Source: Chrysemys picta bellii (taxonomy: Eukaryota). From it: a DNA stretch of 64,000 bases. How positions within the stretch are numbered: the stretch's first letter is position 1; the number at the start of each line of letters is the position of its first letter. The translations under genes were made by a program, and so were the position numbers. The stretch covers positions 5,828,001 through 5,892,000 of the forward strand of contig NC_088803.1 in NCBI RefSeq assembly GCF_011386835.1, written 5' to 3'. The notes under the pieces are model-generated. The model was not told the origin of the DNA and ran no database searches. It worked only from the letters and a program-made list of their open reading frames with translations. Shown one piece after another: positions 23,213 through 35,321 of the stretch.

Positions 23213-26200
23213 ATGGCTGCGCTGCGGATCAGCCCCCAGGCCGAGGCCCAGGTGAGGGGGGGGGACCTGGCCGGGGAAATGCGGGGCGGAGGGGGAGCAG
23301 ATTTATGTGGGGCCTGGTTGAGGGTGGTGGGGCCGAGGGGTGCAGGAAAGAGAGGGCTGGAGGGTTCGGGGAGCCGGAAGGGGGAGCTTGGCTGGGGGGC
23401 AGGGAGGGGGTGTTGGGCTGGGGGGCTCGGGAGAAGGGGGGTGCTGGGATGGGGGTTCGGGGAGCTGGGATGGGGAGCTTGGGGGGAGCGGGGCTGGAGG
23501 GTTCGGGGGAAGGGAGGGGGTGGTGGATTGGGGGGGCTCAGGGAAAGGGAGGAGGTGCTGGGGGGCGAGGGGGGAGCTGGGATGGGGGGTTCGTGGGAAG
23601 GGGGGAGCTGGCCTGGGGGACTCGGGGAAGGGAGGGGGTGCTGGATTGGGGGGCGAGGGGGAGCTGGGCTGGAGGGTTCGTGGGACGGGGGTGCTGGGGG
23701 CTCGGAGGGAGCTGGGTTTGGGGGTTCGTGGGAAGGGGGAGCTGGGCTGGAGGGTTCGTGGGACGGGGGTGCTGGGGGCTTGGAGGGAGCTGGGTTGGGG
23801 GGTTCGTGGGAAGGGGGGAGCTGGCCTGGGGGGCTCGGGGGAAGGGAGGGGGTGCTGGATTGGGGGGCGAGGGGGAGCTGGGCTGGAGGGTTCGTGGGAC
23901 GGGGGTGCTGGGGGGCTTGGAGGGAGCTGGGTTGGGGGGTTCGTGGGAAGGGGGAGCTGGGCTGGAGGGTTCATGGGACGGGGGGGCTGGGGGGCTCGGA
24001 GGGAGCTGGGTTGGGGGGTTCGTGGGAAGGGGGGAGCTGGCCTGGGGGGCTCAGGGGATGGGAGGGGGTGCTGGATTGCGTGTCTGCCTGGGGAATTCGG
24101 GGTGCAGCTGGGGGTAGATGAGGGGGTCTGTGCCTCTCCCCAAGCCCGGGCTCTGCCCATCGCCCTGAGGGGGCAGCACGGTGACCCCAGTGGGGAGGTT
24201 TCCATGGGGCAGTCGGTTCCCAGGCCCGGGGGGAAGGGCCCCTCCACGCCCCATCACCAGCGCAGATGGGGCAGGGCCGGGCAGGTGGCCGGGGGGATCG
24301 GGTGTCGGGGGCTGGCGGGGTGCCCGGGGCGGGGGGCTGGCAGGGAGCCCAGGCTTGCTGGGGGCTGGCAGAGAGCCTGGGCGGGGGGAGGGGACGCGGA
24401 GGGAGCGTCCTGCTGGGACATTTGACCCCCCGGAAATTTCTTTCCCCCCCCGCAGGTGGATTCCTTCCGGACCCAGCTCTGCGCCCAGGTGAGACGCTGC
24501 AAGCTTCCCCCCAGCAGTGCCCCCAGCCAGTGGGAGGAGGGGACCCAGGGCTGTGAGCTTCCCCCAGCAGTGCCAGCCCCATACTGACCCTCTTCCCCCT
24601 CCCCCCAGGCTGAAGCGCTGGTTGGGACCCGGTTCCCCAGTAAGATAACTCAGTTGGATGCTTTCCTCAAGGTATTTGGGGGGCAGGGAGGGGGCGGGAG
24701 GGGGGATGTGGGTTTGCCTGGGACACGGGGTGGGGGGATTTAAGGGGCTCGTCAGGGGGCAGGGAGGGGGGCTGCTTGGGGGGCAGGGAGGGGGTGGGAG
24801 GGGGGATGTGGGTTTGCCTGAGACACGGGATGGGGGGATTTAAGGGGATCGTCAGGGGGCAGGGAGGGGGCGGGAGGGGGGGGGGGTTTGCCTGGGACAC
24901 GGGGTGGGGGGATTTAAGGGGATCGTCAGGGGGCAGGGAGGGGGGCTGCTTGGGGGGCAGGGAGGGGGCGGGAGGGGGGATGTGAGTTTGCCTGGGACAC
25001 GGGATGGGGGGATTTAAGGGGATCGTCAGGGGGCAGGGAGGGACATTAGAGGGTTTTGGGGGGCAGAGGGTGGGAGGCAGATTTGGGGATGGGGCAAGAG
25101 GGTTTGGGGGAATGTGGGGGCTGGAAGGGGATTGGGGAGCTAGGTGGGTGAATTATGGGGGCTGCGAACAGGGTTGGTGGCTCAGGGGACGGGTGGGGGC
25201 ATCATGGGGGGTGGGGAAAGTGGGGGACCAGGAGAGGGGGGTTGGGGCAAGGGTGAAAGGTCACTCTGGGGGGCCCAGCTGCTCACCACCCCTCCCCATC
25301 CCCCAGGACCCGGCGCTGAACGTGGGGGACTTTGAGTCCCTGCGGGCCCCGCTCGACATCCCCATCCCCGACCCCGCCAAGGAGAAGGCAAAAGCCGAGC
25401 GCCGCAAGGTGAGCTGGGGGGACCCCAACATCGGGGGGAGCCCAACACGCCCCCCCCCCGGCGTGACAGCTGAGACTGGGGGGGAGTTGGGTCATGAGGG
25501 TCCCACAAACCCACAGGTCAGATCTGGGGCTCTCTCCCTCCCTGCACCCCCATTTTCTTATTCTGTTCTTTTGGGGGGTTCACCGGATTGGGGGGTTCAC
25601 AGTTCCATCGCCCCTCAAGGGAGGAGGGTGATTGGGGGGGGGGGCTGGGACTTCTACCCTACACCTCCATTTTCTCCTGTCCTTCTCCTCCGGGGTAGAA
25701 GGAAGAAAAGAAGGAAGAGAAGAAAGACGAGAAGAAGTCGGAGGAGGAGGATAAAGGTGAGTGGGGGGCCCAGATCTGGGGGGGGGCCTCCATTGACGGG
25801 GATTGGGCCCCTAGCCCCGCTGGTTCTGGGGGTCTGTGGGTCCGACCCCCCCATTTGTCTGTCTTTCCCCAGCGCCCCCCTGTGGCCCCGTGAGCAGCAA
25901 CGAGACGGTTGTGGGGCTGGTGAGCCGAGTGAAAGCCGAGATCCAGGGCGCCAAGGAGGAGCTGGGGCTGGTGAGTGTGAGACGGAGCCAAAATATGACC
26001 CCGGCCTGGCCACCGTGCAACACGCACCCTGCACGACGCTCGTCCCCCGTGCGCACAACACGGCCCTGGCCAGGCCACCGTGCAGCACACACCCTGCACG
26101 ACGCTCGTCCCCCGTGCGCACAACACGGCCCCGGCCAGGCCACCGTGCAACACGCACCCTGCACGACGCTCGTCCCCCGTGCGCACAACACGGCCCTGGC

Positions 26201-29200
26201 CAGGCCACCGTGCAGCACACCCCCTGCACGACGCTCGTCCCCGTGCGCACAGCACGGCCCCGGCCAGGCCAGGCCACCGTGCAGCACACCCCCTGCACGA
26301 CGCTCATCCCCCGTGCGCACAACACGGCCCCGGCCAGGCCACCGTGCAACATGCCCCGTGCACGACGCTCGTCCCCCATGCACACAACATAACCCCGGCC
26401 TGGCCACTGTGCAACACGCACCCTGCACGACACTCGTCTCCCGTGCGCACAACACGGCCCCGGCCAGGCCACCGTGCAGCACACCCCCTGCACGACGCTC
26501 GTCCCCCATGCACACAACACGAGCCTGGACACTGCCACCGTGAAACACACACCCTGCACGACGCTCGTCCCCTGTGCACACAACATGACCCCGGCCTGGC
26601 CACTGTGCAACACGCACCCTGCACGATGCTCGTCCCCTGTGCGCACAACACGGCCCCGGCCAGGCCACCGTGCAGCACACACCCTGCACGACGCTCGTCC
26701 CCCATGCACACAACACGACCCTGGACACTGCCACCGTGAAACACACACCCTGCACGACGCTTGTCCCCCGTGCGCACAACACGGCCCCGGCCAGGCCACC
26801 GTGCAACACGCTCCGTGCACGACGCTCGTCCCCCGTGCACACAACATGACCCTGGCCTGGCCACTGTGCAACACACAGCCTGCACGACACTTGTCCCCCA
26901 TGCGCACAACACGACCCTGGACACTGCCACCGTGAAACACACCCCCTGCAGGACGCTCGTCCCCTGTGCACACAATGTAAGAGGATGCACCACACGCCTA
27001 GGTAACACACCCAGCAGGTCCCATCCCCTCCAACGGGGCAGAAGGACATACACTCATGGTCTCTCTCGTCCCCAGGTCTCTGTCTGGGTTCAACTCCAGG
27101 TGCCCCGTATCGAAGACGGCAACAATTTTGGGGTCGCAGTCCAGGTGAGTGTCCCCCCTTCTCCAACCTGCCCCCCACTTACCCCCCCAGCTCATTAACC
27201 CCCCCTCTCCCCCTCCCCAGGAGAAGGTGTTTGAGCTGATGACGGGCTTGCGGACGAAGCTGGAAGGATTTCAGACCCAGATCTCCAAGTGAGTCCCAAT
27301 TTTGGGGGACCCCTTCCACACCCAAATCCAAGCCAGGGACCCCTCCCACCCCCGTCCCATCAACTTGGTTAAAAGCAAAACAAAGAATCAACCAACCACC
27401 CACAAGAACCAAGAATATTCAAGGGCAAAACCGGCTGTTAAATGCAGGGGGGAAAGAGCTTGACAAATCCAAAGGAGTTAAATGCCAAAAACCCTTGAAA
27501 GGAAAAATTGGATTTTTTTTCACAAAAGCAAGGAATCGAAATGGCAACAAACTTCATTCAATGCAACCTTTTAAGCTCACAAAAATCCCAAGGAAATTAA
27601 ATCCCAAACGCTGCGCCCAATGCCGAGACATTTATTTAAAAAAAACAAGGAAATTAAATGCCCAAAATGCTCATTAAAAACAAACGTGGCGTTTTTCCAA
27701 CAAGCAGGAATTCAAATGCCACATTTTGTGGAAATGCAAATTTTTAAGCTTGCCCCAAAAAGGAGGCAATTAAAACGACACCAATTTTGTTCATTTTTGT
27801 AATACTCTGCAAAAGAGAGGAAGTTTTAATGTAAAGGGGTGGGGGAGCTTTGTTCACAGCAAAAGTTTTAGGGTCATCAGGAACCAAGGACATTTTAATG
27901 CCTAAATAACTTCGTTCAATGGGAAAACGATGAGCATTGACCAGACGGAACATTTTAATGCAAAATCTTTGTGAAATGTGACATGTTAAGGTTGCAAAAA
28001 GACCATTTTGCATTTCACAGGTTGTTGTTTTTTCTTTTTCATTAACAATTAGAACGTTTGCATTTAACTAAGTTGTCGACCTTTAAGTTTTGGTGGCCGT
28101 TTGGTTTGGTTTTTCGGAGAACTGAAAAATTTCCACATAAATTTAATTTTAAAAAGCCTGTTTAAAAATCAAATTTGAGTTTATTTGGTTGTTTCTGCAG
28201 CCTTAAAGTTTTGCACTTCAAAGGGGTTTTCCATTAAAATTCTGTTTGTTTGCAAAGTACAGTTTGTCCATTTGAAATGTTTTCACATTTGTTTTTCCAA
28301 GTTAAATTGGCCTTTAGTTTTATCCAAAACAATTGTTTCCTCAGTCCCTTTGCAGCCATTTTCTGAATTAAATGCAAAAATTTTAATGTGCAAAAGCCAA
28401 ACTAAGGAAACTAAAATGCAAACAAACAAACAAACAAACAGGTATTTTCACACCCTCAGTACGTTCCCTTTTCTATGCATTAAAATTCCCTAATTTTGCA
28501 GGTTTATTTTTTTACTTTGCACATTTTCCTGCATTTAATTTTTGTTTCAGAACCATAAAACTTGCATTTCATAACATTTGTTTGCATTAAAAATTTCTCC
28601 CTACCAGCACACATTTCCCCCCAAGCTTAAAATGTGCATTTTAAATTGCCTCCTATTTAAAACAATCTTAATATTTTGCATTTAGCAACCATTTGTGCAT
28701 TACAATGATTTTGACTTCACAACCTTGATATTTGATATTTTAAGAAGTTTTGCATTACAATTTTTCCTCTCCTTTGCAGCCTTCATATTTTGTAATTTAA
28801 AAAGGAAGTTAAAATGCACAGTGTCGGTAGATCGAAAAAACATTAAATGCAAAATGTGAAGGATGCAAAGGGGAAGGTTACTGTAAAAAAAAATTGTTCA
28901 ATGCAAACGTAAAGATTGGAAAAATATTGTGTGTGTTAATTTCCTCGTTATTGGAAATTAAAATTCTTGCACTTTAAAAAAAGTAAAAAACATTACATGC
29001 AAAATCTTTAAGCCACAATCCTACGAATACTTATACATGTGCTTGACTTTACTCCTGGGTGTTAGTATCACGGGTAATAGACCTAACATTAAGCCCAGGT
29101 ATATGTGTTTGTGGAATTAGCAACTGAATTTGCAATTTAAAAAAGCTGTGAAGAGTAAATGCAAAAATTGTTAAATGCAAAATTATCCTGCCCCCCCCAA

Positions 29201-30806
29201 AGGAAATTAAATGCAATAAAACTTAGTTTCCACATAACATTTAAGCTTGAAAACTAGCAAAAAAAATAGTTAGTTTCCAGAATGCAAAAAATTTTTGTCA
29301 GATGCAAAACATTTTAGTTCATCATGTTTTTGCACGTGCAGTTCTGTGTTATGAATCGAATTTGAGGTCCGTACAAGGAGCCATAATACTTTGCAGGGAC
29401 CAGTATTTGTGCACATTGAAATTCCTTGGTCACTGGTGTTCCCTCAAGATTGAAAATAAAATCGGAAATGCCAAATTTTTAATCTTGCAAAACCAAAGCC
29501 TCCCCCGAGGAAACGTAACAAGCCTAATGCCGCTCAATGCCAAATCAATGAACGCGGCCAAGAGGGTTTGAATGCAAATCCAACTTTGTTACCTGCAGAT
29601 CGTTTCCTGGTTCGGGGGGGCGCGTTACATTTTCTGCAATTTTGTTAAGTTAGGAGGGTAGAAAACAAGGAAATTCTCACTGCCCCAAAACTTCATGACG
29701 GTCACACAGTGGAGAGATTGGGCTACCCTTGTAGGGGGAGCCACCTGCAAGGCGCCCCCCGCAATGAGAGCCCCCTGCTCGTCCTTCCTCACCCCCAATT
29801 TGGGGCTTCAGCTCTGACTTCTGATTCCCCCGCCACACATAGGTATTTTTCCGAGAGAGGCGACGCAGTGGCTAAAGCGGCCAAAAATCCTCACGTGGTG
29901 AGTGTCTGGGATGGGTGCAACCGCCCGGACGCCTGGGTTCCCTGCTGTGCGGGAGAGGGGGTGCCCAGACACCAGGGTTCTCCACTGTGTGGGAGGGGGA
30001 CCAGGGTTCTCCACTGTGTGGGAGGGGGGGGGCGCCCGGATGCCAGGGTTCTCCACTGTGCGGGGGGAGGTGTGGGGGTGCCCGGATGCCAGGGTTCTCC
30101 ACTGCGTGGGGGGGGGGGCACCCGGACACCAGGGTTCCCCACTGCACAGGAGGGGGACTGCCCGGAAGCCTGGGTTCCCAGCAGGGGCTCTGGGACACCA
30201 GGGATGGTGGGGGAGACACTGGGCCCCTCATTTCCCTGGTTCTGTCCCCCACAGGGTGATTACCGGCAGCTGGTGCACGAATTGGACGAGGCGCAATACG
30301 CTGAGATCCGGCTGATGGTGATGGAAATCCGGAACCTCTACGTGAGTGGGGGGGGTGGGGGGAATCAGAGGGTTCGGCCAGGGGGATTGAGGGGAATAGC
30401 TGGGAGAGTGCAGTGAATGGGGAGGGGGGGGCAGCTTCTCTTCTGTGTTGTAACCCCGTCCCCCCACTTCTCCCCTGAACCCCCATTCCACTCTCAGGCT
30501 GCCCCGGCCTCAGCCATCTGGGAAGGGAGAGACAGCCGAGTTGGGGGGCTTTTCTGGGAGGGAGCGGGTTTGGGGGGTGAAGGCCAACATTAATGGACCC
30601 CAGAAGACCTGGATCCCCCAGGGTAGGGACTTGGGGACAGAGGTGAACCCCTAATTTAGCCTCACCCCTAGAAGCCGGCAGCACCCTAATCCTAGACCGA
30701 CTCCCCCATCTCCTCCCACCCCCAGGCCATTCTCTATGACATCGTGGTCAAGAACTTCGAGAAGATCAAGAAGCCACGGGGCGAAACCAAGGGCATGATC
30801 TACTGA
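23213..30806 (+). CDS. PSME1: Proteasome activator PA28 alpha, 250 aa
   Basis: 11 exons: 23213-23251, 24456-24488, 24609-24671, 25307-25408, 25699-25756, 25873-25970, 27076-27144, 27221-27288, 29843-29897, 30255-30341, 30726-30806. KEKE region, activation loop PRIEDGNNFGVAVQ, C-terminus KPRGETKGMIY. Confidence 0.96.
25996..26980. repeat. 65-bp CpG-rich VNTR, about 15 copies, PSME1 intron 6
   Basis: Unit ccggccaggccaccgtgcaacacgcaccctgcacgacgctcgtcccccgtgcgcacaacacgg. Period measured from 26051 to 26116. Confidence 0.95.
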
Positions 30807-31925
30807 GCGACCTTTCACCTCCGGCCCTCCCACCAATCGCAGGGCGGGTTGGGAAGAGAGGCAAAGGCGGGACTTCCTGTCGTGCCACCTGCTGCTGATC
30901 AGAAAAAAAGAGCTTTAGGGGGTTTCGCGGCCAGTTTTTGATTAAAAAAAAAAAAAAAAAAGGCAACAAAATGCCAAAAATTTGCGAAATGGAAAATGTT
31001 CGAGGTTGTTGGGAAATTAAGGAAATGAAACTTTGTTTGCCAGAAAAGGAAACTGAACGGCCCAAAACAGACCTGGGAAATTATTTTCAAGATGCAAAAA
31101 AAACTTAAAAAAAAAAAAAAAATCAAAGGAAATTGAGCAGCAAAAAAATGAAAGGACGAGATCTGATAGCGACACAGTCTCTGCCAAGTCTGCGTGAAAT
31201 GGCAAGCCTGGCCCCTGTGAAGAAAAGCCGTAAACGAGCATGATTCAGTACGACGAGCGTCATGAAATGGAAACCACGAATGTCAAAACAAATCCCGGGA
31301 CTAGAAATCCAAACCACCGCCTTACAGGGAAGATTTTGCCCCCACAAGTTCAGGTTTTTGGCATTTTAATTCTTTATTTTGTCCTTTTCGCAACTAGTTT
31401 TGCCTTATGTTCCTTAGCGGTTTAAGGAGTTGCAATAAAATAAAATTAATGAATTGAAAGCAAATGGCCCCAAATTCTGTAGGGTCCGAGGTCGGTGGTG
31501 ACATTTCCTTGGGGTTTTGACTGTCATATTTTGCATGTCAGGAGGTTTGGGGCATTGAAGGACCTTCATTTTTTTGCCGTCCGACACTCATCGCTTAGGG
31601 GAAGGAGGATGCTGGGAAAACGACAGAACAATCAGGTGCCAAAAAGGAAAAATAAAAATAATCCAAAAGGAAATTAAAGGCCAAAATAAAAAACTTTGTG
31701 AAATCTGCAAAAACGTAGCCAACAAAGGGACCTAAATGTAGCATTTGGGGGCTGATGGGAGGAGTCTGGGCTCATTGGGGGAGGGGAAGGGGTGGAATAA
31801 ATATAAAGCAATCAGTGAAAGTCAGCTGAGTCTTTACTCGGGCCAGCCAATGGGGGCGTGCCATTGTTCCAAGCAGTCCAATCAGAATACAGCCCTGGTT
31901 TCCCCAGGCCAGCCAATAGGGTCCC

Positions 31926-33322
31926 TCAGGCACTGCCATTGGCGACAGACACCAGCCGGGCGATCTCGGTGTTGAGGTGCTGATTGGTCCAGTCCCGTCT
32001 GATGTCATCAAGGTGGGTGTCGAAGTCGACCAATTGGGTGTGAGCTTTAGCCTCCAGCAGGGACTTGCAAATGTGGCGGGAGGATTCCCAGTCGTGCCAC
32101 ATGACTCTGAAAGAGACAGGAGGGGGTGAGGTAAGTCCCGAACGCCTGGGTCCCATCCCTGGTCACCCTTAGGGCTGGGAGCGTGGGGTGGGCACTGTCC
32201 CGGACGGCTGGGTCCCATCCCCGGTCACCCTGAGGGTTGGGAGCATGGGGTGGGGGGCGCCGTCCTGGACGCCTGGGTCCCATCCCTGGTCACCTTGAGG
32301 GCTGGGAGTGTGGGGGGTGACATCCTGAACGCCTGGGTGCCATCCTCGGTAACCCTGAGGGCTGGGCAGCGTGGGGGCACCATCCCAGACTCCTGGGTCC
32401 CATTCCCAGGGATTGGGTAGCATGGGGGGCCCATGGCAGGTTTTGGGGGAACCCCACTCACAGGTTCTTGTCCTTGGGGAGCCAGTGCCGATCCCGCTGC
32501 TCCAGCACAACAACGGGGGGCACGCGGGGGTTCTGGGTCAGTTTCCGGTTATCCAGCTGGGGGGAAGGAGAAGGGGGACAGTTGGGGGGGCACGCTGGGA
32601 AGACCCCCCAACCACCCTCCAAATGTCAATCACAGCCCCCCACCCTCTGTAGGCACCCCCATGGGGTCCCTGATCACAGCCCCACACACACACCCTGCCC
32701 CTAGGGGGCCCACTCCAGCCCCCCAAAACCCCAGATCTCACCATGATCAATACAGCACCCTCAGAGAGCTCAGCCAGGCGTCCAGCCATCTTCAGAGCCA
32801 GGGGGGTGGGGCTACATGGGGGGGCAGGAGAGATGTCAGGGGGGAATGGGGACCCCCTCCCTGCCCCCCTGGGGACCCCTAAAGTTACCTCATGTCGTCC
32901 AGCCCGGCATTGGCCTGGTAGTACCCAGCCACCAGCAGGTTAGAGCGAGATGCCCACAGATCAACCTGGGGAGAGGGAAGAGGTTGAAAGGGGAGCGTGC
33001 CCCATACAGCGCCCCCCTGCTGCCCCACACGGAGCCCCCAACAGCCACTGCAGCCTGGCGCCCCCAGCCCCCCCACCCCATAGGGAGCCCCCCTGCCCAG
33101 CCCCGACCACCCCCTGCCGCCCACCTGGTTCAGAGCCACCTCCAGCATGACGCTGAGAGCCAAGTTGCTGTGGAAAAGGGGGACGCAGTCGGTGAGGAAC
33201 AGACACTCGGGGGGGCCCCCCCGGCGCCCCAGGAGCAGCCCATTGACAGCGGCGTGGGGGTGCCGGGCGGCGTGGAGGCACATCTTAGCATAGGCCTGGG
33301 TGGAGACCTCCACCTCGCCCAT
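31926..33322 (-). CDS. EMC9: ER membrane protein complex subunit 9 (MPN-like), 206 aa
   Basis: Minus-strand coding exons 33322-33125, 32965-32889, 32811-32742, 32556-32462, 32106-31926 (621 nt). [32 protein letters not shown]; [18 protein letters not shown] probable non-coding exon 1 has its donor near 34241. Confidence 0.95.
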
Positions 33323-33361
33323 TCTGCCAGGCAGCAAAGGGTTAACACAGCCGGTGCCCCT

Positions 33362-34230
33362 CACTCCCGACCCGCAGCCCCCCACTAGCCCAGCCCTGCC
33401 CCCCAGTCCTCCCAACCTGCAGCCCCCACTAGCCCAGCCCTGCCCCCCAGTCCTCCCAACCTGCAGCCCCCACTAGCCCAGCCCTACCCCCCAGTCCTCC
33501 TGACCCGCAGCCCCCCACTGGTCCAGCCCTGCCCCCCAGTCCTCCCAACCCGCAGCCCCCCACTAGCCCAGCCCTACCCCCCCAGTCCTCCCGACCCGCA
33601 GCCCCCCCACTAGCCCAGCCCTGCCCCCCCAGTCCTCCCGACCCGCAGCCCTCCCACTAGCCCAGCCCTGCCCCCCCAGTCCTCCCGACCCGCAGCCCTC
33701 CCACTAGCCTAGCCCGGCCCTGCCCCCCAGTCCTCCTGACCCGCAGCCCCCCACTAGCCCAGCCCTGCCCCCCCAGTCCTCCCGACCCGCAGCCCCCCAC
33801 TAGCCCAGCCCTGCCCCCCAGTCCTCCCGACCCGCAGCCCCCCCACTAGCCTAGCCCGGCCCTGCCCCCCAGTCCTCCTGACCCGCAGCCCCCCACTAGC
33901 CCAGCCCTGCCCCCCAGTCCTCCCGACCCGCAGCCCCCCACTAGCCCAGCCATGCCCCCCAGTCCTCCCGACCCGCAGCCCCCCCCACTAGCCCAGCCCT
34001 GCCCCCCCAGTCCTCCCGACCCGCAGCCCCCCACGAGCCCAGCCCTGCCCCCCAGTCCTCCCGACCCGCAGCCCCCCACTAGCCTAGCCCGGCCCTGCCC
34101 CCCAGTCCTCCTGACCCGCAGCCCCCCACTAGCCCAGCCCTGCCCCCCAGTCCTCCTGACCCGCAGCCCCCCCACTAGCCTAGCCCAGCCCCCCCAGTCC
34201 TCCCGACCCGCAGCCCCCCTAGCCCGGCCC
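33362..34230. repeat. About 45-bp C-rich VNTR, EMC9 intron 1
   Basis: cccgacccgcagccccccactagcccagccctgccccccagtcct repeated. Confidence 0.95.
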
Positions 34231-34241
34231 TGAGCTCTCAC

Positions 34242-34440
34242 CTTCCCTCTGCACTGAGCCCCCCCAGGATATTGCTTGTCAGGGTCCCCACAGCTGCCCC
34301 CCTCGCCCTCTGATTGGCTGACTACAGACCAATCGCGTCTCGAGTGTGTGCTTTGCTTCTCTGGGTCCTGATTGGCCAGTGCGCCCTCCCCACAAGGGCA
34401 TGGGGCCGCTGCTGTCTTCGCCGATTGGCCGAGTGCTGCC
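34242..34440 (-). promoter_or_regulatory. Probable EMC9 promoter / non-coding exon 1
   Basis: Four CCAAT boxes between about 34310 and 34430. Minus-strand donor GTGAGA at 34241. Confidence 0.6.
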
Positions 34441-35256
34441 CCCATCCCGAACGTGCCCCCCCAGGTCCTCCAGAGCCATAGAGGCGGCGCCTAGAGCGGC
34501 CCCAGGAGCAGCAGAACCCGGAAAAGACATATCCCTGCCCCATGGGGAGGGGCTACGGGGCGTTACCCACCATGCCCTGGGGCACATGTTAAAAGGCGGG
34601 GGGCGGGGCACAATTGCCTAGGCTCAAAGGGGGATGACAGGGCGCTACCCATGATGCCCTGGGGCACAGATGCTAATCAAAGGGCCACGGTGCTTTCCCC
34701 ACAATGCCCCCGGGGCTAGGCGCCGAGGGTCCTGTTCCCCACAATGCCCCATGCCCGGGAGCCAGGTGCCGAAGGGCCCGTTCCCACAATGCCCCGGGGG
34801 CCAGGCGCTAAGGGGTCCATTCCCCCCAACACCCTGGGGGGCAGACGCCGAGGGGCCCGTTCCCACAATGCTCCGGGGGCCGGACGCCGAGGGGCCCGTT
34901 CCCACAATGCCCCGGGGGCCAGGCGCTAAGGGGTCCATTCCCCCCAACACCCTGGGGGGCAGACGCCTAGGGGCCCGTTCCCACAATGCCCCAGGAGCCA
35001 AGGGGCCCATTCCCCACAATGCCCTAGGGCCGAGGGGTCCATTCCCCACAACACCCTGGGGGGCAGACGCCGAGGGGCCCGTTCCCACAATGCCCCAGGA
35101 GCCGAGGGGCCCATTCCCACAATGCCCCGGGGGCCGGGCACCGGGCGAGGAGCGGCCCATTCCCACAATGCCCTGGGGGACAGACGCTGAGGGGCCTGTT
35201 CCCACAATGCCCTGGGGGCCAGACACCAACACAGGAGGCAGGTTCTGGGGGAACTG

Positions 35257-35262
35257 TTTATT
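35257..35262 (-). terminator. Probable PSME2 poly(A) signal
   Basis: tttatt on +, 60 nt downstream of the PSME2 stop. Confidence 0.75.
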
Positions 35263-35321
35263 TGCAGTCTGGTTCCGGCCCCTCCCCTGCTGGGGGGCAG
35301 GGCTCAGGTGCCCTGGGCCCC

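Noticed and set aside
22651-24425. Long Gly- or Pro-rich ORFs (488, 436, 361 and 314 aa)
   Set aside because: They run through the G-rich VNTR of PSME1 intron 1. Stop-poor low-complexity sequence is open in several frames and on both strands.
25654-27178. Cys/His-rich repetitive ORFs (439 and 455 aa and others)
   Set aside because: Translations of the 65-bp VNTR. They are open in most frames with no splice or Kozak support.
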